From: Dehalococcoidia bacterium
Lineage (GTDB): Bacteria > Chloroflexota > Dehalococcoidia > Plut-88900
Reading direction: 5' to 3'
DNA: 64,000 bases
Assembly (NCBI GenBank): GCA_965197645.1
Contig: OZ240219.1
Span: 1,152,001 to 1,216,000, forward strand
In this document: positions 40,168 through 49,201 of the stretch, in pieces
Position numbering within the stretch: position 1 is the first letter of the stretch
How the letters are laid out: each line of letters opens with the position of its first letter
Position numbers and translations under genes: made by a program
Notes under the pieces: model-generated
Databases searched by the model: none
What the model saw: only the letters and a program-made list of their open reading frames with translations
Told to the model about the DNA's origin: nothing

Positions 40168-40248
40168 GACTGTCCTAGAGGTTCGAGTCCGCTTCTGTCC
40201 AAGCTAGGGGAAGATTGTGCGCTGGTCCTATCCTCTGACGGGTAGGGT

Positions 40249-40277
40249 AGTCTAGCGCTGAACCCGCCTGATGTCAA
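40249..40277 (-). promoter_or_regulatory. sigma70 promoter of cofGH
   Basis: TTGACA-N17-TAGACT. Confidence 0.6.
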
Positions 40278-40314
40278 CCGCAGCCCGCCTTCTTTGAGAG
40301 AAGTGCAAAACACT

Positions 40315-40611
40315 CTACGGAGTCTCCGGAGTCGCCGAAGCATGAGCCCCAAGTAGCGGCTCGCAGCGTTCCTCCACGTCGTCCTCTACTGGTTGCCAAT
40401 GGATGTACGCTTCTTGTATCACCGTAAGGCACTCTACCAGAGCGTCGTTGCCTTCTTGCTTGGCCATCAGTATCTCTTGCTCTAGAGAACTGACCATGAA
40501 GGTTTGGTATACGGGATCGAAGATAGGTATTGGTTCTGAGGTCGGTGTGGCTTCGGACCCGCACGCCGACACCAAGGCCAAGACCATCGCAGCTGCTGCC
40601 AATGTCCTCAT
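40315..40611 (-). CDS. Small hypothetical lipoprotein
   Basis: MRTLAAAAMVLALVSAC lipobox, upstream AGGA, two further Cys. Confidence 0.6.
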   Translation of the reverse strand: MRTLAAAAMVLALVSACGSEATPTSEPIPIFDPVYQTFMVSSLEQEILMAKQEGNDALVECLTVIQEAYIHWQPVEDDVEERCEPLLGAHASATPETP

Positions 40612-40915
40612 GTGTACATCCTACAGTACCAAGCCGCCTGGGCCGTCCTGATTTCCAACGTCGTCGCGGGCGAGGGAGTATTTGCACTCCCCTCGCCTTC
40701 TTACCCCCTCTGCTGCGAAAACCTTTTTGTACGGCATTCGTTACAAAATCAGGAGGGGGAATAATCACGTGGGAGTGTCAAGATCCCCAACCTGAGCTGC
40801 AGTAGGATGAATCGAGACTTGGGAGGCCGGTTCCGTTGAATAGGACCGCTGCCCGATGTACCATACCAGGCTAGGTATACTAACACCTACGAATTTATAG
40901 ATCACGGAGAGGCCA

Positions 40916-42712
40916 ATGGCGATCCTGAAGAACAAGAAGATACTACTCGGTCTGTTTCTTGTGACCGTCCTGGTGGTAGTGGGGTGCCGGGGCAGAGGGG
41001 GCGATCCGGAAGTGACCGATGTGCAGCCGACTGCCACCGCTCAGGCGGTCGCCGACCAGGTTCTGGAACCGACCCCCGCGGCAGAGTCGGCGCCCATGAC
41101 CGCCGAGGGGATTACCCAGGGCGGCGAGCTGAACAGGTTGTTCACCGATCCCCCCACCCTCGACCCGGCCCTGACCAGCGACACCTCCTCGGCCACCATC
41201 GTGGTTGAGGTTTACAGCGGCCTCGTGACCATCGATAAGAACCTCAACATCGTTCCGGACATCGCTGAAGGCTGGGACGTCAGCGAAGACGGCAGGACCT
41301 ACACCTTCCACATTAGAAACGACGTCGCGTTCCATGACGGTAGACCCGTCACGGCCCACGATTTCAAGTACTCCATGGAGCGAGCACTGAACCCGGCTAC
41401 CGAATCAACGGTGGCGGACCTGTATCTGAATGACATAGTGGGCGCCAAGGCGAAGCTCAATGGCTCGGCCGCGACCACCATCGGCATTCAGGTGCTGGAC
41501 GACAGCACCCTCCAGCTTACCATCGATGCGGCCAAGCCCTACTTCCTTGCCAAATTGACCTATCCCACGGCCTTCGTCGTCGATCAGGAGAACGTGGAAT
41601 CGGGTCCCGACTGGACGTCTCGCCCCAACGGTACCGGACCCTTCAAGCTCGCCGCGTGGGACATCGGGGAGTTGATACGGCTGGAGCGGAACGAGCTGTA
41701 CTATAACGGCCCGCCCCACCTGGACGCGGTCAACTTCATTCTTAGCGGCGGCGTCGGTATGACCATGTACGAGAACGATGAGATCGACGTTACCGGTGTG
41801 GGCCTGGCCGACATCGACCGGGTGCTGGACCCGACCGAGCCGTTGAACCAGGACCTCCACATCACCCCTCCCAGATACAGCATCGAGTACATCGGTCTCA
41901 ACACAGAGGTGGAACCGTTCAACGATATGAACGTGCGCCTGGCCCTCAGCTACGCTATCAACAAGGAGCTGATAGCCGACGCCGTTCTATCAAACCTCCT
42001 GGTGCCGGCCTACGGCATTCTGCCCCCCGGCTTTCCCGGTTTCAATGACGACCTGGAGGGCCTGCACTTCGATCCCGAGAGGGCCATGATTCTGATGGCC
42101 ACCTCCACCTATGGCCAGGGAATCCCGGAGATAACCAGCCTGCTGGCCCAGGCGGAGAACGAGATGGACCAGGAAGCCCGGCTGGCTCTCTTGAACCAGG
42201 CTTCCAACCTGGCGGCGGTCAACCTCCCGACCATGGTACTTTCAGTATCGGGTGGCGGAGGAGCGGTGGGCCTCGATACGGAAGTGATCCTTGAGATGTG
42301 GAGGAGATTCCTGGGCGTAGACGTCGAGATCCAGCAGTCCGAGTTCGCCACGTTCCTGCGTGACCTGGACAGGCGCAAGTTCCAGTTGTTCACCCTGGGC
42401 TGGGTGGCCGACTACCCCGACCCCCAGGACTTCTTGGACATCCTGTTCCATAGCGAAAGCTCCAACAACCACACCGCTTACACCAACGTTGAGGTGGACA
42501 GGTTGCTGGAGCAGGCCAGGACCGAGGCCGACGTGGATACCAGGATATCTCTGTACCAGAGGGCTGAGCAGATCATAGTAAGCGAGGCGCCCTGGATACC
42601 CACCTGGTATCGGGGAGACCGCTACGTGCTGATCAAGCCGTGGGTGAGGCAATACGCCCTGAACCCGTTGATTATTCCCCAGCTCAAAGACGTCTACATA
42701 GTCGAAAGGTAG
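40916..42712 (+). CDS. Peptide ABC transporter substrate-binding lipoprotein (OppA/DppA)
   Basis: Lipobox VVGC, DPPTLDPA, PNGTGPF, GWVADYPDP. Confidence 0.93.
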   Translation: MAILKNKKILLGLFLVTVLVVVGCRGRGGDPEVTDVQPTATAQAVADQVLEPTPAAESAPMTAEGITQGGELNRLFTDPPTLDPALTSDTSSATIVVEVYSGLVTIDKNLNIVPDIAEGWDVSEDGRTYTFHIRNDVAFHDGRPVTAHDFKYSMERALNPATESTVADLYLNDIVGAKAKLNGSAATTIGIQVLDDSTLQLTIDAAKPYFLAKLTYPTAFVVDQENVESGPDWTSRPNGTGPFKLAAWDIGELIRLERNELYYNGPPHLDAVNFILSGGVGMTMYENDEIDVTGVGLADIDRVLDPTEPLNQDLHITPPRYSIEYIGLNTEVEPFNDMNVRLALSYAINKELIADAVLSNLLVPAYGILPPGFPGFNDDLEGLHFDPERAMILMATSTYGQGIPEITSLLAQAENEMDQEARLALLNQASNLAAVNLPTMVLSVSGGGGAVGLDTEVILEMWRRFLGVDVEIQQSEFATFLRDLDRRKFQLFTLGWVADYPDPQDFLDILFHSESSNNHTAYTNVEVDRLLEQARTEADVDTRISLYQRAEQIIVSEAPWIPTWYRGDRYVLIKPWVRQYALNPLIIPQLKDVYIVER

Positions 42713-42731
42713 AAGAGACCGGCGGAATCTC

Positions 42732-42769
42732 GTGGGGCCTTGGTCTTGCGCCGAGGCCCCACTTTTTTT
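42732..42769 (+). terminator. Intrinsic terminator after the SBP gene
   Basis: GTGGGGCCTTGG-loop-CCGAGGCCCCAC followed by TTTTTTT; a TATAAT at 42789 suggests an internal promoter. Confidence 0.75.
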
Positions 42770-42811
42770 GACGGTGTATGGTTGCGGTTATAATGTCTGC
42801 CAGGTAAGGCT

Positions 42812-43741
42812 ATGCGAAACTACATCATCCGGCGTTTGATGTGGACCCCCTTAGTCTTGCTGGTTGTCTCCTTCGTTACCTTCGCATTGGGCACCTTTGG
42901 GCCTGGGGACCCGGTCTCCGTCCTGGCCGGTCAACATCGAGACCCGGAGGTCATAGAGCGAATCCGAGAAGCGAGGGGTCTGGACGACCATTTCTTCGTT
43001 CAGTACGGGCGGTACATATTCAACGCCGTCCAGGGGGACCTGGGGGAGAGCTTCACCTTCCGGGGCCAGCCCGTCGGCGGGTTGATAGCGGAGAAGATAT
43101 GGATATCTGCCCAGCTGGGGATAGCAGCCACTATCCTCTCCTTGATCATCGGCGTGCCTCTGGGGCTCGTTGCTGCCCTCAATCAGGGGAGATGGCTGGA
43201 CCCGTTCATCGTCAGCGGCACCTTGTTCTTCCTCTCGGTGCCGGTGCTGTTCACCGCCCCGCTGCTGCTGCTGGTGTTCGTGGTCTGGTTGGACATCTTG
43301 CCCAGCTCCGGCTGGGGCGGATTCTTCGATACCCGGATCATCATGCCGGCCATCGTTCTGGGCCTGCCCGGCATAGCCGTCTTCACCAGGCTTATGAGGG
43401 CCAGCACCCTGGACGTAATGGGTCAGGACTTCATTCGCACGGCCCAGTCCAAGGGGCTCGGCGAGTTTCTGATCCGCCGGCGTCACATCGCCCGCAACGC
43501 CATGATCCCCATCGTGACCGTGTTGGGACTGTCCCTGGGCGATCTGGTCGCCGGAGCCTTCATTACCGAGGGCCTGTTCGGCATTCCGGGCATCGGCCGC
43601 CTGGTCATCGATTCCATATTCAACCGGGACTACCCCATAATCATGGCGGTAGTGTTGCTGATAGCCGCTTCCTATGTGATGGCCAACCTTCTGGTGGACG
43701 TTATGTACGCCTTCCTCGATCCGAGGATCAGGTATAACTGA
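42812..43741 (+). CDS. Peptide ABC transporter permease (OppB/DppB)
   Basis: GPGDPV, QGDLGESF, DFIRTAQSKGL (EAA region), RDYPII. Confidence 0.93.
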   Translation: MRNYIIRRLMWTPLVLLVVSFVTFALGTFGPGDPVSVLAGQHRDPEVIERIREARGLDDHFFVQYGRYIFNAVQGDLGESFTFRGQPVGGLIAEKIWISAQLGIAATILSLIIGVPLGLVAALNQGRWLDPFIVSGTLFFLSVPVLFTAPLLLLVFVVWLDILPSSGWGGFFDTRIIMPAIVLGLPGIAVFTRLMRASTLDVMGQDFIRTAQSKGLGEFLIRRRHIARNAMIPIVTVLGLSLGDLVAGAFITEGLFGIPGIGRLVIDSIFNRDYPIIMAVVLLIAASYVMANLLVDVMYAFLDPRIRYN

Positions 43742-43758
43742 TTTGAAGACCTGTCAAA

Positions 43759-45753
43759 TTGGCTGCTGAGAACGCCGGAGACCTCGAGGTACTGTCCAGG
43801 TCCAGGGGAAGCCCCTGGGTCCAGGCGGTGCGCCGGCTGGTCCACAAGAAGCTCGCGTTTACCGCGCTCATAGTCATCCTGATCATCTACGGTTCGGGGA
43901 CCCTGGCTACCTGGGTAGCTCCGCAGAGCTTTCGCGAGACCCCCGCCGCGGACCTGGAGCTTTCCCTACCCAACTTTCCCCACCTGACCTTCTCCCCCGA
44001 TTGGAGTGAGAACGACCTAATCTACAACAGCACCTCAGTGGGGATATTTCGCTCGCCGAACCGGGGAAGGACCTGGATTCCGATCAACAACGGGCTGGGC
44101 AACGCCAGCGTCGAACTCCTGGCCGTAGCTCCATCGGCAGCGGGGGAGGAGACCCTTTTCGCCGCCACGTCCCGAGGGGTGTTTCGCTCTGAGGACCGGG
44201 GAGATTCCTGGGTGGAGGCCAACATCGGACTGGCCAGCACCAATATCAACTACATCGCCGTTTCACCGGACTTCGAGCGGGACAGGACCGTGTTCGTCGC
44301 CCTGTCCAGCGGTATGTTCGTATCCAGGAACGGGGGCGCATCTTGGCAGGCGACGAATGAGGGGTTCCAGAGCGATACTCCTAATATACTCTCACTGGTG
44401 ATATCTCCGACCTTCGCCGCCGACGGCACCATCTTCGCCTCCGCCACCGAACGGAAGCAGGGTTCGTTTCAGACCTCGGAGGAGATATTACGGAGCCAGG
44501 ACAGGGGCCGGAGCTGGGAGCTGATCTACGAAGACACCATAATAACCTCCAGGGTGGTCCCGATGGCCATCTCCCCGGACTTCGCCAGCGATGGCACTCT
44601 CTATGCCTCTACGGATGCGGGTCTGTTGCGGTTCACCGAGACCGATGACCAGTGGCGTAACCTGGACCGGTTGCTGAGCTACCGGGAGGTGCAAAAGATC
44701 CTGGTCTCCCCCGGGTTCACATCCGACAACACGGTGTACGCCGTCCGATCGACACGGGGCATGTCTCGGTCCACAGACGGTGGCGAGACCTTCCAACTGG
44801 TCAATGAAGGCCTGAGCGTGACACGGCTGGTCAGCGCAGTGATCTCGCCGGACTTCGTCTCCGATAGGACCCTCATGGTGGGCACGGTAGACGCAGCCCT
44901 GTTCCGGTCCGATGACGGTGCAGAACGCTGGTACCAGGTCGCTTCCCAGGACCTGAAGGAAGGACCGACCATTTTCAACTGGCCCCCCAACTTCGACAAC
45001 ATATTCGGCACGGACAGGCTGGGGAGAGACTACTTCAGCCGCATTATTTACGGCGTTCGTACTACGGTGATCATAACCGTGGCCAGCGTACTCACCGGCT
45101 CTCTGCTGCTGGGCCTGTTCATGGGCGCTGCGGCGGGTTTGATGGGAGGCAAGATCGATAACGCCATCATGCGCGTCGGCGAGATATTTCTCGCCTTCCC
45201 CGGCATTCTCCTCATAATCCTGATAGCGGCGACGGTCAAGCCCCGGTTTACCGACTGGACCCGGAGCTTCGAAGAGTGGTCCGGTATAGATGGGATAGTG
45301 GCCTCGGGGGCCGTGGACTACTACGTGGTGTTCCTTTCGCTGACACTGTTCAGCTGGGTGGGAATGGCCCGGCTGGTGCGGGGCCAGATTCTGCATCTGA
45401 AAGAGAGCCAGTTCATCGACGCGGCCCGGTCGATGGGAGCGACCAACACCAGGCTTGTTGTCCGGCACCTGCTGCCCAACGCCATCAGCCCGGTGATAGT
45501 ATCGGTGTCCATGGGTATGGGCTCGGTGGCGGGATCGGAGGTGATACTGAGCTGGTTCGGCATCGGGGTGCAGCCGCCCAATCCCAGCCTGGGCCGGATG
45601 ATCTTCGAAAACTTCGGCTACGGCAATCTGAGCATTCTGCGCAACGATCCCCACCTGATCTTGATCCCCGTGTTCACCATCGCCGTCATCATCTACGCTT
45701 GGAACCTGTTCGGCGACGGACTCAACGATGTCCTCAACCCTCGCACCCAATGA
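43759..45753 (+). CDS. Peptide ABC transporter permease (OppC/DppC) with inserted Asp-box beta-propeller
   Basis: OppC N-terminal TM, then SxDxGxxW repeats, then FGTDRLGRDYFSRIIYG, FIDAARSMGA, FGDGLNDVLNP. Confidence 0.88.
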   Translation: MAAENAGDLEVLSRSRGSPWVQAVRRLVHKKLAFTALIVILIIYGSGTLATWVAPQSFRETPAADLELSLPNFPHLTFSPDWSENDLIYNSTSVGIFRSPNRGRTWIPINNGLGNASVELLAVAPSAAGEETLFAATSRGVFRSEDRGDSWVEANIGLASTNINYIAVSPDFERDRTVFVALSSGMFVSRNGGASWQATNEGFQSDTPNILSLVISPTFAADGTIFASATERKQGSFQTSEEILRSQDRGRSWELIYEDTIITSRVVPMAISPDFASDGTLYASTDAGLLRFTETDDQWRNLDRLLSYREVQKILVSPGFTSDNTVYAVRSTRGMSRSTDGGETFQLVNEGLSVTRLVSAVISPDFVSDRTLMVGTVDAALFRSDDGAERWYQVASQDLKEGPTIFNWPPNFDNIFGTDRLGRDYFSRIIYGVRTTVIITVASVLTGSLLLGLFMGAAAGLMGGKIDNAIMRVGEIFLAFPGILLIILIAATVKPRFTDWTRSFEEWSGIDGIVASGAVDYYVVFLSLTLFSWVGMARLVRGQILHLKESQFIDAARSMGATNTRLVVRHLLPNAISPVIVSVSMGMGSVAGSEVILSWFGIGVQPPNPSLGRMIFENFGYGNLSILRNDPHLILIPVFTIAVIIYAWNLFGDGLNDVLNPRTQ

Positions 45754-45778
45754 CCCCTTCCGAGAGGCTCCTCTTTCG

Positions 45779-45882
45779 CGACCATCCCCCCGGTCTGTAC
45801 ATGAGCCAGGAAGAGGGTAAAGAGAAAGAATAGTTCCTGAGGGACACCCTCAGACTCCCGACAAAGGAGCTTCGCCTCTGCA
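45779..45882 (-). repeat. Intergenic repeat, family A
   Basis: CGACCATCCCCC..GCCAGGAAGAGGG..CTGAGGGACACCCTCAGACTCCCG..CTTCGCCTCTGCA. Confidence 0.7.
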
Positions 45883-45918
45883 TAGCTCTGGAAGGGAGTT
45901 TACGGTCTATTGAGCCCG

Positions 45919-45992
45919 CTCCAGACGCCCTGCCTCTGGCGGGGTGTGGGGGGATGTGGCCTCAGACATAAAACATCCCAGGCAGGTGGGAG
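45919..45992 (+). repeat. Intergenic repeat, family B (degenerate)
   Basis: CCTCTGGCGGGGTGTGGGGGGATGTGGCCTCAG..CATCCCAGGCAGGTGGGAG. Confidence 0.45.
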
Positions 45993-46060
45993 CGTAAACT
46001 GAGGAGAATATGTACAATCCTGCGTGAACCCCCTGCACCAAAAGTATTAATCAAGAGGTG

Positions 46061-46276
46061 TCACGATGGCATATCCGACAGATGGCGGACAGCCCCTTGA
46101 AGGTCTCGAGCCATATCATTGGCTTGGGCCGTGGAAAACGCGTAAGCCTGTTGAAATACCTCGGGTTCTGATTCATCTAGTTTGTACTCGACAATTAACG
46201 AAACCAGATCCTCCGACCGCATCACCCCCACCCCAATCCGAATCGGAAACACGTGACGAATAGTGTTGTCTGGCAT
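46061..46276 (-). CDS. Hypothetical protein (71 aa)
   Basis: SD AAGGAGGG before the ATG at 46276; MPDNTIRHVFPIRIGVG... Confidence 0.55.
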   Translation of the reverse strand: MPDNTIRHVFPIRIGVGVMRSEDLVSLIVEYKLDESEPEVFQQAYAFSTAQANDMARDLQGAVRHLSDMPS

Positions 46277-46386
46277 TGTCCCTCCTTGCCTCGTGAACTG
46301 TTGCCAACTATACACGCCGCGTGCAGCAGTCCGCTCCAACTGTACTGCCAAACCTGTAGAATCCGATGGAAGGGAACTTACGGTCT

Positions 46387-47211
46387 ATGACATCAGCCAT
46401 CCAATACTGGAACAACCGGGTGGAGACCCACCATGCGCAATCCATCAGGGCCGAGAAAGAGCTGCCCAAGACCGAGGGTGACTTCTGGGCGCCCATGGTG
46501 GCCTCCTTCAAAGACGATCCTCGCAGGACCGGCGACACGATACTAAGCAGGCTGTCCAGAGACCTGACCGCCAACACTACGGTGTTGGACGTTGGAGGTG
46601 GCGCCGGGCGGTTCGCTCTTCCAATGGCCCTCAAGTCCCGTCACGTGACGGTGGTCGAGCCTTCGGCCAGTATGTTGGAAGGGCTTGTCGAGGGTATGAA
46701 AGAGGCTGGCATCGATAACATCTCTACCGTTCAGCAGGACTGGGAGGACGCCCGGGTGGAGCCGTCGGACGTGCTGGTCTGTGCTCATGTAGTCTACGGC
46801 ATCTCCGATATCGAGCCATTTCTCCGCAAGGTGGACTCTAGCACCAACGAACGGGTGATGGTCCTCATCTTTACAGAGACGCCTATGGGGGGGATGACGG
46901 AGGTCTGGAAGCGGGTACACGGGGAGGACCGGATAGATCTGCCGGCCCTGCCCGAGCTTATGAACGTGCTGTGGGAGATGGACATCTATCCGGACGTAGA
47001 AATGGTCCAGACCAGCGGGCCGCGCTCTGCCGAGGACATGAAATCGGCGCTGGAGATGCTGAGAAGAATCGTCTACGTGGAGCCGGGCACGGAGAAGGAC
47101 ACCCGTCTGATGGAGGCGGCAAAGGAGCTGTTGATCGAGACCTCGGATGGCCTGGTCGTCGAGGGAGCCAAGCCCAGGCGACAGGCACTGGTCAGCTGGA
47201 AACCGGAGTGA
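46387..47211 (+). CDS. Class I SAM-dependent methyltransferase
   Basis: VLDVGGGAGR, VVEPSASM, DVLVCAHVVY; alternative start at 46366. Confidence 0.87.
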   Translation: MTSAIQYWNNRVETHHAQSIRAEKELPKTEGDFWAPMVASFKDDPRRTGDTILSRLSRDLTANTTVLDVGGGAGRFALPMALKSRHVTVVEPSASMLEGLVEGMKEAGIDNISTVQQDWEDARVEPSDVLVCAHVVYGISDIEPFLRKVDSSTNERVMVLIFTETPMGGMTEVWKRVHGEDRIDLPALPELMNVLWEMDIYPDVEMVQTSGPRSAEDMKSALEMLRRIVYVEPGTEKDTRLMEAAKELLIETSDGLVVEGAKPRRQALVSWKPE

Positions 47212-47217
47212 GGAAGG

Positions 47218-47742
47218 TCAGCTCTGCACGTTGACGGCGGCTGAGGCCAGGTTTACTCCCGCTATATCCTGAAAATCCTCATCGGCGAGACCCAGGTTGG
47301 CGACGGATAGAATGTAGCTTTCCCCGGCGGCGGTCTCCGATACCTGGAAGGTGAGTTCGGCAAAGATGGACGTAGGAGTGGGTGAGGTGGTGCTTCCGCG
47401 GCGGGCCAGAGCGTAGGTTAGGGTACCGGCAACGTTGTCCACCAGCTCGATGCCGACCAACGGGTCGGGACCGAAGAGGTTGCCGGCCTCGACCTTCACA
47501 AGGGTCAGTCCCTGGGGGTCAAAAGCGAAGTTCAGCTCACCGCCGCTGACGCCCCGGCCATCGGGATCGACCCTCACCTCAACCATTAGCTCATCCCCGG
47601 CTTCCACGGTGACCGATTCGGGTAGTACCTGAACGGATACGCCCCGGATGACATCGGTGTCCGAGTCCCGGACGCAGGCGATGAGCACCAGCAGGGCGCC
47701 GGCCAGCAGGAAGAGCCTGGGAGACAGTCTCGGAAGCTTCAT
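47218..47742 (-). CDS. Cohesin-domain lipoprotein
   Basis: Lipobox LIAC; cohesin-like pattern VEAGDELMVEVRV..VSGGELNFAFDPQGLTLVKVEAG..AELTFQV. Confidence 0.75.
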   Translation of the reverse strand: MKLPRLSPRLFLLAGALLVLIACVRDSDTDVIRGVSVQVLPESVTVEAGDELMVEVRVDPDGRGVSGGELNFAFDPQGLTLVKVEAGNLFGPDPLVGIELVDNVAGTLTYALARRGSTTSPTPTSIFAELTFQVSETAAGESYILSVANLGLADEDFQDIAGVNLASAAVNVQS

Positions 47743-47746
47743 GGAG

Positions 47747-49141
47747 TTAAAGCTCGGCCCCCAGCATAGCCAGGTCCAGGTAGTTGATCACCCCGTCCCC
47801 GTTCAAATCGATCTCCGCTGCGTAACCCGAGTCTCCGGACCCAGTGCCGTAGGCCCCTTGAAGCACGGCTAGATCATCGCGGTCCACCGAGCCGTCGCGG
47901 TTTAGGTCACCGGTGATGATGGTTTCCGGCGTGTCCGGGACCACCGGGGTGGGCGTGCGCGCTCCCAGGGGCACCAGGGTCGGTATGGGAGTAGCCGTCG
48001 CTAGGTCTTCCACCACCTCTCGCTCGGGGAGTAGGGGCAAGCCGATGCTGGACCGCCACCGATTGTCCAGGCCGACCCGATCGAAGCCGTAGACCTGGAC
48101 CAATACGTCGTCCATATTCCCATAGCCGTCCCTGAAAGTCCTGAGCAGCTCGGCCATCTTTCCAGGGCCGTACTCGTCGATCATAAACTCTACGATCGCC
48201 CGAGCCTGGCCATAGAAGAGGATGGTCTCGTCGGGGGTGCCGGGCTGGTTGTTCATGCCTGTGATGGGAAGCAGGCGACCGGTCCTGACGTTTTCCAGGA
48301 GAGCAAGGTCGTAGGAGTAGCTGGGCTCCAGGTTACCGTACTCGGCCAGTCCTTCGTTGAGCCAGTCGGGCACCCGGCGACCGGGGCCCTCGGCGGCCTG
48401 GGCAACCAGCAGATGGGTGACCTCATGGGAGGTAGTGCCGCGGATTTGGGAAGTGAAGCCCATAATCAGAAGGATTCCCTCGCTGCCGTAGGCCTGTCCC
48501 AGCGTCACGAGGCCGCTCTGCGCCGTGTTGCTGGTAAAGGGAAGGGCCGCCTGCATCTGCAGCGGATTGTTGTATATCATTATCCTGATCGGATCGGTCA
48601 ACTCGGTCTGGAGCACGGCGCCCATTCGGCTGAGGGTCTCTATGGAGGTGTCCAGAATCGTCTGGGCCCGGGTGTTGGTTGGCCCGTAGTAGTAGGTGGA
48701 GACCAAGCCTTCTGTCAGGACCTCCCATTCGAACCGGGTGTCCAGGTAGATGAACTCGACGGGATCGGTCTCTACCCGGTTGCCTTCCGCGTCCTGGAAA
48801 ATCCATCGGTATTCGAATCCAGCGCCGTTGGGTATGAACAGGCTCCCTGAGCCGCCCCGGGTCTCCAGGATGTACTCCGCCCTCATCGGGTCGCCTTCTA
48901 TCAGGGTGGCTGGTTCATTGCGGAGGATCTCCCTTCCGATGATCCCAAAGGAGATGGTGACGCTCTCCACGGGCCGGTCGCTGGCAAACTCTACGTAGAA
49001 GGACAGGGTTTCGGGGAAATTGATCTCGTGGCGAACGTCCGCCTCGGTTATCCACTCGTCAGCACTCGTCGGCGCTGCGGCGGTGGCGAAGATCAGTGCT
49101 GCGAGGACGGACACAGCTATTGTGGATACTAAGCGAGACAT
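47747..49141 (-). CDS. Secreted zinc metallopeptidase (peptidase MA/gluzincin-like) with C-terminal dockerin
   Basis: Signal peptide; HEVTH + WLNEGLAEY; P/T linker; twin Ca-loops GDLNRDGSVDRDDL and DLNGDGVINYLDL. Confidence 0.85.
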   Translation of the reverse strand: MSRLVSTIAVSVLAALIFATAAAPTSADEWITEADVRHEINFPETLSFYVEFASDRPVESVTISFGIIGREILRNEPATLIEGDPMRAEYILETRGGSGSLFIPNGAGFEYRWIFQDAEGNRVETDPVEFIYLDTRFEWEVLTEGLVSTYYYGPTNTRAQTILDTSIETLSRMGAVLQTELTDPIRIMIYNNPLQMQAALPFTSNTAQSGLVTLGQAYGSEGILLIMGFTSQIRGTTSHEVTHLLVAQAAEGPGRRVPDWLNEGLAEYGNLEPSYSYDLALLENVRTGRLLPITGMNNQPGTPDETILFYGQARAIVEFMIDEYGPGKMAELLRTFRDGYGNMDDVLVQVYGFDRVGLDNRWRSSIGLPLLPEREVVEDLATATPIPTLVPLGARTPTPVVPDTPETIITGDLNRDGSVDRDDLAVLQGAYGTGSGDSGYAAEIDLNGDGVINYLDLAMLGAEL

Positions 49142-49201
49142 CTAGCTTGGCGAAACTGGGCGCGTTGACACCAGAATCCTATCACGATGAGGGAAGGGGA
49201 A

